In this document: positions 27,013 to 40,779 of the stretch, piece after piece | Layout: each line of letters begins with the position of its first letter | Numbering within the stretch: the first letter of the stretch is position 1 | Assembly: GCA_964016885.1 (NCBI GenBank) | Contig: OZ024755.1 | Span: 13,516,001-13,580,000, forward strand | Direction: 5' to 3' | From: Eledone cirrhosa | Lineage: Eukaryota | Length of the DNA: 64,000 nt | Translations under genes and position numbers: made by a program | Notes under the pieces: generated by a model | Databases searched by the model: none | The model's input: only the letters and a program-made list of their open reading frames with translations | Told to the model about the DNA's origin: nothing

Positions 27013-27678
27013 GAAGATACAGAAAGATGGAAACGAGTGAAAAGGGGAAGAAAAGGAAACATTTTCTTCGGGGGAGGGGGGGGGGGCACGGGTGTGTTCA
27101 GTGAACGATTTAAATATGAATATATATATATATATATATATAACCATATGTACATATTTTACTACATATAAGCAGACATACAATTTGACTTATGAGTGAA
27201 AGTAGGTCAGACAGATATTACATAAGCTCATATATACATCGCAAAACAAAAATATACATCTGAAAGACGTATGCTCTCTCAGACACACACAACTCACACA
27301 CACACATACAACTCACACACATACAACTCACACAACTCACACATACACTCACATATGCACATACACTCACATATGCACATACACATTAATTTACTACTCT
27401 CGTCTCAGTAGCATATAAAGGCAGGTATTGACAAATGAAAGAAAATAAATAATAGATGTTAGCTTGTCTGTATTTAATGACAAACCTGAAGATTACGAAC
27501 TGGCAATGTAACAGTAAACAAGTTGTGGTCTTATAGACCAAGTAAACTACATAATACAATAGTAATAAACCAGTTACGACTTACACTCGTACATATATGC
27601 ATACATACTACATACATATACAAACATACATAAATATATACACACATACATATACAAACATACATATACACATACACG

Positions 27679-27717
<39 letters not shown>

Positions 27718-29194
27718 ACATACACACAGAAATATATACAAACATACATACGTACAAAAATACACATACATACACACATTCTGACGTACAAACATTCATA
27801 AATATATGCAAACCTAAACACATAATACATAAATATATACACATACATAGGTACGTACTCACATAGATATAAACATACAAACGTGCGTATGTACCTACAT
27901 ACATAAATATGTACACACACAATACATACATGTATAAATACTTACAAACATACATACATATATATATATACACACACATACATAATACATACATGCATAT
28001 GGACTTGTAACTCCTGATGCAGCCGTAATGGTGTCGTCATGTCGTCTTTGGAATTTTATACCTGGTGAAGGCCATTCCTCTCGATTTCTGAGAGCGAGGG
28101 AGAGCGAGAAAGGAGCGAATCAACCTCAGTATTGAACTGGTACATTTATTTTACCGACTACGAAGGGATTGAAGGCTTGCTTATAGTTTATTGCAAGGGT
28201 TAAAGGCAATAAGCTAGAGATCTGTTGAGAAGGTTGTGGTGAGGAGACAGTGGGAGGGAACACCTAGTATGTATACATCAAATAGTTATCCCAGATATAA
28301 ATTACAGCTTCAATCCAATAAACCAGATCTTAAGTGAATTGAAGAAGTCAGACAACAACAAAAATCAATAAATATACAGTTGAGTGTGTAGGTTTAGCAA
28401 ACTCCATTATAGACTTTCGGACGGTGGAAAGATTCCGGGCAACTTATCTAGCTCGGTAAGAGGAGTGTTGAAGAAATATCATCAAAATGTTCTAATCAAC
28501 AACAGGAAAAATATATATAAATAGGTATAAATAGTAATATAGTAATTTATAGTTTACAGAACATCGTATAGATCTAATCTTGCTTGTGATAATTTGTATA
28601 ACAGTGTAAGCGTTGGCAACGAGAATAATTTGGTAGAAATACTTCACAGCCTCAGGATAAATAAAGATATAAAGTAAACATAGAAGTATCTGTTTTTATT
28701 AAACAACAATTTTTAGCCTCACCATGAAAAATAAATACTTCAATTAAGTAATTATTTTGGATAAAGTAAGATAGCTAATATGTAATAAAAGACCGTTCGT
28801 TTTTGTTTTGAACTGTTTCTGCTTCACATTTGAAAAGAGAGTTTTAGCCCTGAAATATACTGGGAAAAACATTACTTTTTTTTTTTTGTCATTCTTTGCC
28901 CTTTGTGTATTTCTACCGCATTGTATCGGCTTTGTTAAACTTATTCATCTTTGAATTATTTAGGATTTCTATGAAACGCAAGAAAATACTTAAACTAGTC
29001 AGACTGATCTAACAGAGAAATAAACATGTGGTTAACCATAGTGTTTAAATACCAGAGTGGGGCGAAAATGTGTTTACTAAAAAACATGTTTGAAACATTA
29101 CCTTACATCTTGTAATTTTCCTGTTAATTTATCATTCACGTCTGCTATAAACAACAACAGCAACAACAATATGAATACTGCCAATAATGGTCTC

Positions 29195-29315
29195 TGATTT
29201 AGGCACAAAGCCAACAAAATCGACCTCGGTGCATTACTGGTACTTTATTTTATCGACCTCGTAAGGATGAAAGGCAAAGATAACTCCGACGGAATTTGAA
29301 CTCAGAACGTAACGG
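29195..29315 (-). mobile_element. tRNA-derived SINE fragment
   Basis: Same core and B-box as the other copies. Confidence 0.75.
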
Positions 29316-29543
29316 CTAGATCTTCCGTCACCATCCGTACACCAAACGGGATAGGTCGACCTAAGGCTATAGTAAATAACATTTGACAAAGATGCGACGT
29401 AGTGGGATCGAACTCAGGACATGATGATAGCGAAGTAAACTCCTTCACCACTCGGCCAAGTCTGATATGTGAAGCTACACAATCCTTTGTGTTCGTTTAT
29501 CCGTTATCAGGATGACGAATTCTTTCAAAACATCCAGTTCTCT

Positions 29544-29690
29544 CTAGCTGATGAACCATATGTACATGGAAGAAACTCATGTGTAATAGGTTACTACATC
29601 AGCCTAAGTTATAATACGTTAAATTAAAAGCAAAAAATCAACACACTATCATGGTATTGAGTACTTTTCCTTATGCTTGTTAAAGCCAAT
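29544..29690 (+). mobile_element. Penelope-like pLTR fragment with degenerate hammerhead
   Basis: CTAG-CTGATGA-ACCATATGTACATGGAA-GAAA-CTCATGTG-TA-ATAG, then GGTATTGAGTAC. Confidence 0.45.
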
Positions 29691-29739
29691 GCTCAGTCGT
29701 GTGCTCAGACACAGACACACCTACAAACATATATGCATA

Positions 29740-30095
29740 TGTTTGTATGTATGCATTAGTCTGTCTGTGAGAGTGTATGTGTATAATTTTAAATGTATGC
29801 CTGTGTCTGTATGTGTCAGTCTATGTATGTATGTCTGTGTTTATGTATCAGTCTGTGTGTGTATGTATGTATGCACGTGTTTGTATGTATGCCTGTGTTT
29901 ATGTGTCAGTCTGTGTATGTATGTGTCAGTCTATATGTATGTATGCCTGTGTTTATGTGTCAGTCTATGTATGTATACCTTTGTTTGTATGTGTCAGTCT
30001 GTGTATGTATGTATACTTGTGTTTGTATGTGTCAGTCTGTGTATGCATGTATGTATTTCTGTGTTTGTATGTGTCAGTCTGTGTATATATATGTA
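29740..30095. repeat. ~34-36-bp minisatellite (GTGTCAGTCTGTGTATGTATG...TGTGTTTGTAT)
   Basis: About 9 recurrences of the GTCAGTCT anchor in a TG/TATG background. Confidence 0.85.
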
Positions 30096-30435
30096 CATGC
30101 GCTTCATTACTATTTTCTTCAATGAAATTTAAAAAGAAAAGCTAAAAAAAAAAAAAAAAAAAAACGCTAAAAACAACAACAAAAAAATCTACAACAATGA
30201 ATGAATGTACCGAAGTAAAAAATAACCCAACAAAAATAAAAACAGGTCGTTTGTTAATGGATGAAATGACGTAATTATTTCAAAATAATGGGAAATGAAT
30301 GAAAAGGGGGAGAGAACTGCTCCATTTTTATATAATTCAACATTTTTTTTTACCAGAAACTATAACAATGGATGTTTGTAAATGTGTAATTAAAATGGAG
30401 GCACTTTTATTCATTCATTCCTCCATGCAACCATT

Positions 30436-30995
30436 ATGATCATCGCCATCATGATCATCACAACACTACCATCATCACCATCATCAACACCACCACCCAC
30501 ATCACCACAATCTTCACTACCTCCATATTCACCACTACAGCAATCATCACCACCACTGCCACTACCACCATCATCTCCAGCACTAACACTACCAATACCA
30601 TCTTCACCACCACCATCATCACCACGAACATCACCGCGAGCATCACCACCACCAGCTTAATTCCCTTCTCCACCATTATCATCACCATCCTTCTACCATC
30701 AATAATAGCTATATCACCATCATCATCATCATTATCACCACTAGGACTCATTTCATCATCATCATCACCATAACTTCCCTGCACCCACCACACCCAAACC
30801 GTCATCATCATCACCATCATCGTCACAACCCCCACCCCTGCCATCATCATTACTACCCTCCTCCTCCCAATCTACCCCCTCCTTCCAACCTACTTCTCCC
30901 CTCCTCCCCCCTACCCCAACTCCCATCCTACTCCTCCTCCTACTCCCATCCTACCCCCCCCCCCCCACCAACCTACCCTCCTCCTACCCAACCTT
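30436..30995. repeat. (CAT/CAC)n-derived low-complexity tract plus C-rich tract
   Basis: Degenerate triplet repeats giving S/P/T pseudo-ORFs. Confidence 0.85.
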
Positions 30996-31989
30996 CAAAG
31001 AAAAATGAAATTATATAACATGAAAAAGTGTGTGTAAGTGTAAAAGTATGTGAGTGTGTGTAGTGTGCATGTGAGTGTGTAATGAATGCATGTATGTGTG
31101 CGCAATTGTTAATGTGTTTATGTGCAAGTGTAAATCTGTATGTGTGTACAATTGTAAATATTTGTAAGTGCATGTGTGCGTGCGCACACGCAATTGTTAA
31201 TGTGTGTATGAATGTGTATGCGTGTGTAGTTTTAAATATGTGAATGATGGTAAATGTTTGTGTTTTAAATGTATGTGTGTAATGTGTAATGTTAAATATG
31301 CGTGTATGCGTATAATTGTAAATGTGTATATGTGCAATTGTAAACAGAGTGTGTGTCATTATAAATGTGTATATGTGATTATAAATGTGTGTTTGTGCTT
31401 ATGTGTATAATTGTAAATGCGTGTATATTTTCAAATGTGCATGTGTGTACAATTCTAAATGTGGGTTTAATTTAAAATATGCGTATAATTGTAAATCTGT
31501 GTGTGTGTGTGCGTTTGTGTGTGCATATATATATATGTGTATAATTTTAAATGTGTGTCTTGTGGGCACGATAGTAAATGTGTGTGTGTGGGGTGGGTGG
31601 TGATTTACATAACAATATATAAAATTGACAGTAATAAAAGCAAATGGCGGAGGGTGGATGGGTGTGGAAGAGAAAATAATGGAGAAGAAGAAGAAGAAGA
31701 AGAAGAAAATAAGAAAGGGTGTGGAAGGAAGCGGGGGGACTAAGAACAAGAAGAAGAACAAAAAGAAGAAAAAGAAGACTCGTGATAGAATGAATCCATT
31801 CTCAATATTGGCAAATTTACCAAATATCACAGTTTAAAAGATTACATCACGTATATTTTGTATGTCTTTGTAATTATTGCAGTATTATTATTAGTAGTAG
31901 TAGTAGTAATTCTGGCTCTTACACTTGCTGTTATATAAACAATTACAGCGAAACCAAGAAAGCAACAGCAGCAAGAATAAAAATAATGG

Positions 31990-32358
31990 TTGTTTCTAAT
32001 TTAGGCACAAGGCAAGCAATTTTAGGGGTGAAGGGGGAAATTGGATTAGACCGATACCAGTGCTGACCCCCAGAATAGTAAAAGGCAAAAGTGACCTTGG
32101 TGGGATTTGAACTCAAAACGTAAAGAGCCGTAACAAAATAGTTTTTGATTTAGGCATAAGATCAATAATTTTGGGGGAGGGGAATATCGATTAAATCGAC
32201 ACCAATGCATTACTGGTACTTTATTTTATCAATCCCTACAATGATGAAACGTAAAGTTAACCTCAGAGGGATTAGAACTCAGAACAGGAAGGGAGGTAAC
32301 TATATGCCGTAAGCATATATTCCGACGTTCTACCGATACTGCAAGTCCACCACCCTGC
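31990..32358 (-). mobile_element. Two tandem tRNA-SINE copies
   Basis: Two TTTAGGCAC/TAAG...GAACTCA units; the second includes the head. Confidence 0.75.
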
Positions 32359-34959
32359 CGTAACTAATGAACATCCGAGTTCGAGAGACACTTTAGACAT
32401 TTTTGTGAGCTCGTCAACGTCTAGTATGTCCGATTCTGAGACATAAGTATGGCACATGTGTGTTCCTTTAAAGTGCCAACTCTCTCCCTCTCTTCAACGT
32501 AGAGTGTGCATGAAGGAAAACACCCTTAATGAGCTGAACGTGTGATTCGAAACTATTCCGATAGGTGACGTTACACTCGACATTATACTCTTCCTGGAAA
32601 AGACACGAAAGTGGCCAAGTAGCAATGATTAACACAATCAGAAACTTTTAATAGTTCTAAATTTATCATAGCTACACCAAGGTTAAGTTTGTTACCCTCC
32701 ACACTATACGATGTTTCGCATGAAGCTAAGATTATCGTGGATACATGTGCATGGAAGCGCACAGTTTCCCCACTTTTCGAAACACAGTGGTAAGTGCAAA
32801 AGTAACTTGCATGGAATTATTGAAGACATGATGTAGAGAAAGATAATTATTATCATTATGATAACAAATAACAAAAATACCAATAATAATAAATGTAGTG
32901 AGGGTGATGGGAGTATTAAACAATAACAACAGCAACAGTAATAAAAAAAGGCAAACAAGTAATGAAAGGTTGTACATGACAAGGAAAATGAAGGCAGAGT
33001 TGACCGGAAGATGCAAGATGTACAGAAGAAAGCAATTTTACGAATGACACAAGATTGCTAAATAATACCAATGGTAGAATGTGAGGGCTGAAGTTGAAAT
33101 CAGCAATGTAAGAGACGTAAGAATATTAAATAGATGTTTTGAGATTTCTGGGGAGAAAAGATTCCTGATCGGAAGACAAACAATTTATGAAAAGATTCTT
33201 GAAAACCGAGGAGAGAAATACGGAAAGAAATAATATTGATGTTAGGATCATGTGAGAAGTATGAAAAGGGAGAAAGTAGGGATGGCAGGCTTGTGGAGGA
33301 GAATGTTCTGTGGCAATATATTGGTGGATCAGCTATAAAAAGAATGGAATACAAAGAACGAAGGAGCGTGTGAGATGAGGAGAGACATTGAAAAAAGAGG
33401 TGTGTTATGTGGCAATGTATTGGTGAATTAGATTTGAATGGAAGAGAATATAAAGAATAAATAGTGCTCCATTTAAAGAAAAGTGGACGATTCTATTCTC
33501 GGTGTGGGTGTAATTGAGAAATATAGTTGAATAACACAAGGCCTGGTCCATGAAAAGAATTTTCTGAACTTTGGAATAGAAACTTAAGCACACAAATGTT
33601 ATTTCTTTTCTACTTTCTTCTAGTTGGTTTATCACCTCTTCCAAATTTATTCCTATACTGAAGAGGCTCAAGAGGCTGAAATATGTCGTATATGTATATG
33701 GAACAACTTAAAGATTATGAACTATTTTTTTACTCTAACGGTTTGTGCTTGGGTTTTAAAGTTCCTCGGTATTTGTTCTAGCTCACTGCATTCTAGGTTC
33801 AAATACCACCATAGTCAACTTTGTCTTTCAGATTGTTGTTTGAAGTTGATAAATAAAGTGCCAGACCGGTACTGGGGTTCATTTTCTCCCCCTTTTGTTC
33901 TCTTTATGAAATAGATTGTGTTCCACCTGGAAAAGGGTGGGTTCCGCTACTTGTAAAATGCCCAAAAACTCGCCGTGTGTCCCAACGGCGCCTCTTTTAC
34001 TTCATCATGAGTTAAGGATTCTTTATCTACTTTACCATAACATAGAATAAAAAGACGAACCTATAAATTTGCTTTATAATGAATACTACGAAGCAACTAC
34101 ATTACAGAGTAACTAAAAACGAAGGTGTTCTCTCCTTAAAGAAGAAAAATAGATGGACCAATCAAATTATCGCTTGTCACAATGAATATAGCTTATGAAA
34201 TATAATGCCTTCAAGAACGAAGTTTCTATACAACTACAGTTGCATATAGACTGTAGACTAACTGGTTCCATCATTAACATATATGCATAACTGATGGAAA
34301 CTAGAGTATAGAAGAAACTGAGATCAATTTTATGCTGTCGTCTGGTCTCATTGGAGCTGACGTATTATCAAAGACGTTCCAGTATAGTGGACCCTATGAT
34401 TATGTGACTGCATTATCGAATGCTTTCTTTATTTGAAAGTGATTTTGCAGCAATTTCTAGCAAGTCAAACGACTACATAACGGCTTCCTTGTTAGTTTAT
34501 GTTAAGATCAACATATGTGTTATGAAAAGAAATCTGTCGTTATTTCTATACAGACAGATTGCTTTTCATAAAACATCTGTATAGAAATAACGACAGATAT
34601 TTATCATATATAAAGACAAGAATCTACCAACAAGTAGCTGTAGCAGAGGTAGTAGTAGTTGCGGTAGTAGTGGTGGTGGTAATAGTAGTAATAGTGGTGG
34701 TAACCGCATGCCCAAATTGTTAAGAAGTTCGCTTCGCAATCATTAGATCCCAGAAAATATATCACTATGACGTGTACTATATAGTTACATAGGATAGCCT
34801 GTTGTCTTGAAGTTGTTATTTCACCCCTGTTCCATATTAGCAATGTGCAGATATGTCATGTAATATATTCCTGTCGAGATTATTTCAGGCCTTTTTCTAG
34901 GCACAGTGCATGCAAGAGTACATTATTCAATGTGAATATATTTCCTAAGAGAGTAGGAT

Positions 34960-35085
34960 TAGAGCTCGGCTGGTCGCGCTTGGGGGTCCAGCCGAATCAA
35001 TTGGAGACGGCTGCTTCCTACAGGGCCCGCTGGAAGGAGGACTCTGCCTCCACAATCCTCTCAACAAGAAGAACAAGAAGCATTT
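34960..35085 (+). mobile_element. RTE-like LINE extreme 3' fragment
   Basis: LGVQPNQLETAASYRARWK...STRRTR with a (CAAGAAG) tail, resembling RTE ends. Confidence 0.45.
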
Positions 35086-35707
35086 GATTTGAGTGAGATG
35101 TGGCTGCTATTTCTTGCAAGAAAATTGACCACATGGTTGGCTCTGTTGTGATAGCCTGTCACTGTGGGCATTTGAAATAACATCATTCTTGAAAAAAGAG
35201 ATTGGATTTAATTTGGAAAGTGATTCCAATAAAATCAAACATTGATTATCGATATATCGATATAACTTGGAACAATAAACTAATACAAAACAAAGAAAAC
35301 AAAACCTTTCAAAGTTAACAAAAAATATTAGGAAAAAACAGAGCGAACTTACGGCTTAGCTCCCCCACCATTCCTCAGGGTAACACATTTGTTATTTTGT
35401 TTGCCTGGATCATGAAACATTTGCATGACTCGCTGATATAATAATAATAATAAAATAATAAACAGAACAAGAGACGAGACTTTTTGTGCGCGCGCGAGCC
35501 GTTGTTTAGTTCAAATTTTCTGTGTGTTGCGTGGCAGAGCCGGTCACCCACCATCCAAGTGTTTCTATTCGACTGACTACTTGTGTCATTATTGGGCTAC
35601 GGCGCCGACGCCTCCGACGCAACCACTGCTGATAGCCATCTATAAATTAAGTTATTGGTTCACATCCTGATCTAGGTTTATAGCCCAGTTTATCTATATA
35701 TTCAATA

Positions 35708-36035
35708 TGCTACTAGTTCCATGTAACCCAGTATAACTTGCTTCATGGTCGAGTGGTCGGTGACTAAACCGGTTCCCCCACCAGACCAGGGTCTGGATAG
35801 GAGGGTAAATTGAACTCTAGAAGCACAAAAAAAGAAGAGCTATTAAAAGGGCGGATGAATTCTTCAGAGTCAACGGCTATCCACCCCACCTATGGGTTAA
35901 ATAGCCTCACCAACCCGCAATTGGCCAAGTGTAGCGAGTACGGCTACATCCCTAATATGACCAAAATCAAACGGAAAGCGGTGGAGGTCAACCAGGGAAG
36001 AGTTCCACCATCAGGAGAAAGAAAGCGCTGGATTG
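35708..36035 (+). mobile_element. RTE-like 5' leader fragment homologous to the bipartite retroposon head
   Basis: TGCTACTAGTTCCATGTAACCCAGTATAACTTGCTTCATGGTCGAGTGGTCGGTGACTAAAC aligns ungapped with the retroposon 5' end; continues AAAGGGCGGATGAA..GAGTCAACGGCTATCC, as in RTE leaders. Confidence 0.7.
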
Positions 36036-36086
36036 GATTGTATATATTATTAATTTGAGTGATGAACGGTTAAATATAATTCACTT

Positions 36087-36570
36087 AACGAAACGATCAA
36101 TTCAGATGTTTACTGTCTACAACTAATGAAACTGGAGGAAGCAATCAAAGAAAAACGGCCAGAATTGGCAAATCGTAAAGGAATCGCGTTCCACCATGAC
36201 AACTCTAGACCACACACATATTTGCTAACTCGTGAAAAATTATTGGAGCCTGGTTGGGAAGTGATGTCACATCCACCATAAAGCCCTGACCTTGCACCAC
36301 CAGATTACCATTTATTTAGAAGTTTGCAAAATTCTTTGAATGGTAAAACTTTTAATAATGATGATGACCTGAAATCGCACTTGCTTCAGTTTTTGGCTGA
36401 TAAGGACCAGAATTTCTATGAGCGCGGAATCATGAAGTTGTCAGAAAGATAGCAAAAGGTCATCGAACAAAATGGAAAATATATAATTAATTAAAGTTGA
36501 TTCTTTGTATGAAAAAAAAAAAGACTTATTTCACATTAAAAACCGAAATTACTTTCTTGCCAACCCAATA
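36087..36570 (+). pseudogene. Mariner transposase C-terminal half + right TIR
   Basis: NETINSDVYC...KRPELANRKGIAFHHDNSRPH...GWEVMSHPP*SPDLAPPDYHLFRSLQN...ER*QKVIEQNGKY with two stops; TIR AAAAACCGAAATTACTTTCTTGCCAACCCAA followed by TA. Confidence 0.95.
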
Positions 36571-37169
36571 CAATTCCCTTAATATAGAAGTTAATATCAA
36601 GATTTAAAATATCGTTAAGTTTAAGGTAAATCTCATTTTGAATTAGAAACATAATTGAGAAAAGACTGAATTGTAAATACTTTCTCTTATCTCTGTACAC
36701 AGAAAAACTAACCAAAAAACATTTTTTTCTGAAAATTATCTCTATGATTGTGTGTCTACAACGCATGGCTATATATGTCAAGCAGGATACAGAATACAGC
36801 TGAAATAGCCTATCTTGCTTGATGTGAATTTGTTCGGCAACGTAATTAATTAACTAATAAATATCTATGCAGAACACACAATAAATAGGGACTTAAGATA
36901 TTAGCTATAAATAGAGACAGTTGTCGGATTCAGTAGAAACATCTTCAATTTATCTTCAAATGGAGATATCTCTGACAGATCCTCTCTCACTACAATGGAG
37001 AGTTAGTAAGGAGTGGATGTAGTGGGAAGTTAGTATAGATAGGGATGCCCCTACTTTAACCCACAAAGAGAGTCAAGAAGAGGAAAGTAAAGTGTTTCAT
37101 TTCTCCTTTCTATTTAGATGTCTCCAAGGAATGATTTATTCTTAATTAGGCAATATTTTCTCAATAAAG

Positions 37170-38200
37170 AAACAACACCGCCATTTCCATTATCCCCACT
37201 ACAAAACAAAACATCTACACCACCAACAGAAGCATTACCACCAATATCACCATCACCACTACCAACACCAACGCTTGCTCCTTCTTACCAGCAACATCAC
37301 CAGCAACCCCCACAACCACTAACACCACAAGCACAAACACCGTCAATAATAAGACCATCACCACCTTTATCCCCAATACCACCACCAGACGCAACATCAC
37401 CGACAACACCACAAGCAACACTACCTGCACCACCAACACCATCATCACAAGCAGCACCACATATATCACCTCCACAACACCACCAGCAGCAACACCAAAG
37501 ACACCACCACCACCACACCAACACCATCACTAACACTACCAATAATACGGCCATCACCATCAACACCACCACCAAAAACAACACTGCAAATACTACCACC
37601 TCGACACCACCATCACACCTGTAACACCACCAACAACACCACAGACATCACCACCACCACAGACATCACCACCACCAGCAACACCACATACATCACCACT
37701 ACCCTCCAACACCACCAACAACACCACAGACATCACCACCACCACCAGCAACACCACATACATCACCACTACCCTCCAACACCACCAACAACACCACAGA
37801 CATCACCACCACCACCAACAACACCACAGACATCAGCACCACCAGCAACACCACATACATCACCACTACCCTCCAACACCACCAACAACACCACAGACAT
37901 CACCACCACCAGCAACACCACATACATCACCACTACCCTCCAACACCACCACCACCAACAACACCACAGACATCACCACCACCAGCAGCAACACCACATA
38001 CATCACCACTACCCTCCAACACCACCAACAACACCACAGACATCAGCACCACCAGCAACACCACATACATCACCACTACCCTCCAACACCACTAACAACA
38101 CCACAGACAACACCACCAGCACAAACAGCATTAACACCACCATTAATACGACCATCAGCAACACCACAAGCAATACTACCAACACTACCAACATCATCAT
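37170..38200. repeat. CA-rich low-complexity tract with ~66-69-bp minisatellite (37624-38110)
   Basis: Repeated CAACACCACCAACAACACCACAGACATCACCACCACCAGCAACACCACATACATCACCACTACCCTC. Confidence 0.9.
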
Positions 38201-38632
38201 AAGTTTATCTCCACTACTTGCTCCTGTGCTACATTTACCATTCAACCTTCATTATTAATCACCATTGAATGTGAAAAGCCAGTGAAGAAGAATACGAATA
38301 AGATTTTTAACAATATCTCTTTGATTCTTCAATGGAACTTCAAGATTACACAATTTTATTGCAAATAATACACAACACAAATAGAAATACAAACAGCAAC
38401 GAAACAAAACCAAATAAATATGTATAAATATTTATGCAGAAAAGTAGCAATGAATTTCTGCAAACGTAAATAATGTAATAAATATTTTGTAATGAAAACT
38501 ACGAGAAATTTCACACATCACCAAAGAAGGTCTAATTATTGGAAGATGTTTAAAGAGGAGAACAACTATAGCAAATCAAATTAGAAAATCTTCCCACTTT
38601 GGCAGAACATTCAGAACAGATGGAATATACAT

Positions 38633-38676
<44 letters not shown>

Positions 38677-39432
38677 TTAGCTTTCCAGCATCCTCTTCCA
38701 ACCCTTCTTCGCCCTCATTTCCTCCACTTTCTCTCCTTGTTCCTACTACATCATCTTCACCTCTTCACTTTTCTTATTCCCGACATTGCTGCTTCTTTGT
38801 TCTTTATATCGCTGTCTACTGTGTTGTTGTTGTTGTTGTATGATTCTAGTTCAGCACAGATCCAGCAGTCAATCAGATGCTAGATATTAATAATATTAGT
38901 AGTAATAATAATATAAATAGTAGAAGTAGTAGTAGTAGTAGTTGCAGTAACCTTTACAGTACTAGTGCTGATGACGACGGCGGTGGTCGTGATAGTAATA
39001 TTTATAGTAGTGGTGGTATTTGCCTATTTAAGTGTGTGTATGTATTGTGAAGGCGCGTAGCTGAGGCTTGGTGGTTAGAGTATTGGATTCCCAATTGAGA
39101 AGTTGTGAGTTCGATTCCAGGGCCGGACGATGTGTTTTTTCCCTTGAGCAAGACACTTTATTTCATGTTGCTCCATATATCAGGAGTTGTGACTGGTAGA
39201 TAGTATCAGCAACGAAAAGACCAATATAAACACTGTTTCCTTGGTCCGACTGGACGAGCTCCACTCCATTCAGTAAGCGGGATGTTGTCAGTCGATTTAA
39301 ACATGTCATAAATGCACACACATACGTATAAACATTTGAGGGTTCCACATGTGCTTATCTATCTATTATGTATGCTTGTTGCATATAGATAAATTTCTAT
39401 GCTGGTATGAATGCGGGTTTCCTCATATATAA

Positions 39433-39648
39433 TTGTTTCTTATATAGGCACAAGGCCACCAATTTGGGAGGAGGGGAAGTCGATTAAATCGACCCCAGTG
39501 TGTGACTGGTACTTTATCTTACCGACTCCGTATGGATGAAAGCCAAAGTTGACCGCGGCGGGATTTGAACTCAGACCGTAAAGGACAGTAACTCTATGCT
39601 GCAAAGCATGTTGTCCGACTCTCTACCGATACTGCCAATCCACCGCCC
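39433..39648 (-). mobile_element. Full-length tRNA-derived SINE (Nin/Deu-like core) with TSD
   Basis: Head GGGCGGTGGATTGGCAGTATCGGTAGAG, B-box, core and tail; flanked by GTTTC..CATATATAAT direct repeats. Confidence 0.9.
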
Positions 39649-40044
39649 TGTTTCTGCATATATAATACAATCTGTTTCGTTTCGTTACGAAAAAAGTATT
39701 TTTCTTCGGCGGCGAGGCTACCCAAGGCTTTATTGCATATAAACATATTATATATGTTTCTAGATTTTCATACTATTATGCTTAAACGCTGTCTTAGTGT
39801 TACTGCGAATTAATTTAATAAATAAATAAATAAATAATATATATATATATATATATAGACCTTTGTAAAACACATTCTGTCCTGTTTCATATTTAGTTGT
39901 AACTAGACCACCCGTGACCCGTTGGGTCATGTTCACTTGAAAATCATTTTTAAATAATTAAAATATACACAAAATGTATATAATGTAAAATGACATTGGA
40001 AAGCCAATATATATATGTACGTGTATGTGTGTGTGTATAAGTAC

Positions 40045-40092
<48 letters not shown>

Positions 40093-40779
40093 TTGTGTGT
40101 CTGTGGCCTATATACACTGGTTACAGACACACACACACACACACACACATACATCCTGTCCTGTCCTAACACAAGTCATAAGATACATATAACTTAATAT
40201 TCAGTCACCAAATTCAAGCTCGATACAGTAATGCTGTATTCGATTCTTTGAAGTCACCTGTTATAATTTGATTCAACAATACCACCAGCTCTCTCCCCCT
40301 CTCTCTCTCACAACCACTATCTGCGTTTGTATTCACATTTCAATGGTACCTTACTTTCAAAGTATTTTCCCATTATGCGCTGATTTGGTTATTTATAAAG
40401 GTACCCGAAAAAAACCCGCGTATCTCGGGAACCCGTGGTCCGATTTACGTGAAACTTGTCTTTTCACTGTATTATTCATAAGTATTTTTACAAAGAAAAT
40501 ATCAAATCATTTTTCACTAATAGCTATCCAATCACTCCACTTCAAAATTATTTTTTCTATATCTCTATGGATGCTTGACTGTTTGTTCTGAAAGATTTTT
40601 CTGCTTAAAATGTTGCAATGTTAATGAAAAGCTGGTTTTATTTACAAAAATTTGAAAGAAACTGTTCTTACTTGTCTTAGTTTTTTCTTTTCCTTTCATT
40701 TTCTGACGTCGGAATCAACATTTTCTCATATTTACGCTGTTACAGTTTGTTCAAAAGAATGCTTTGGATGACAACCTTC

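Noticed and set aside
29740-30095. CRISPR-like repeat/spacer array
   Set aside because: The spacers are themselves TG/TATG repeats; eukaryotic context and no cas genes.
37118-38245. Mucin-like Thr/Pro-rich exon (also 30436-30850)
   Set aside because: Degenerate CAC/CAA/CAT repeats with frame changes and no supported splice structure; cannot be fully excluded without RNA-seq.
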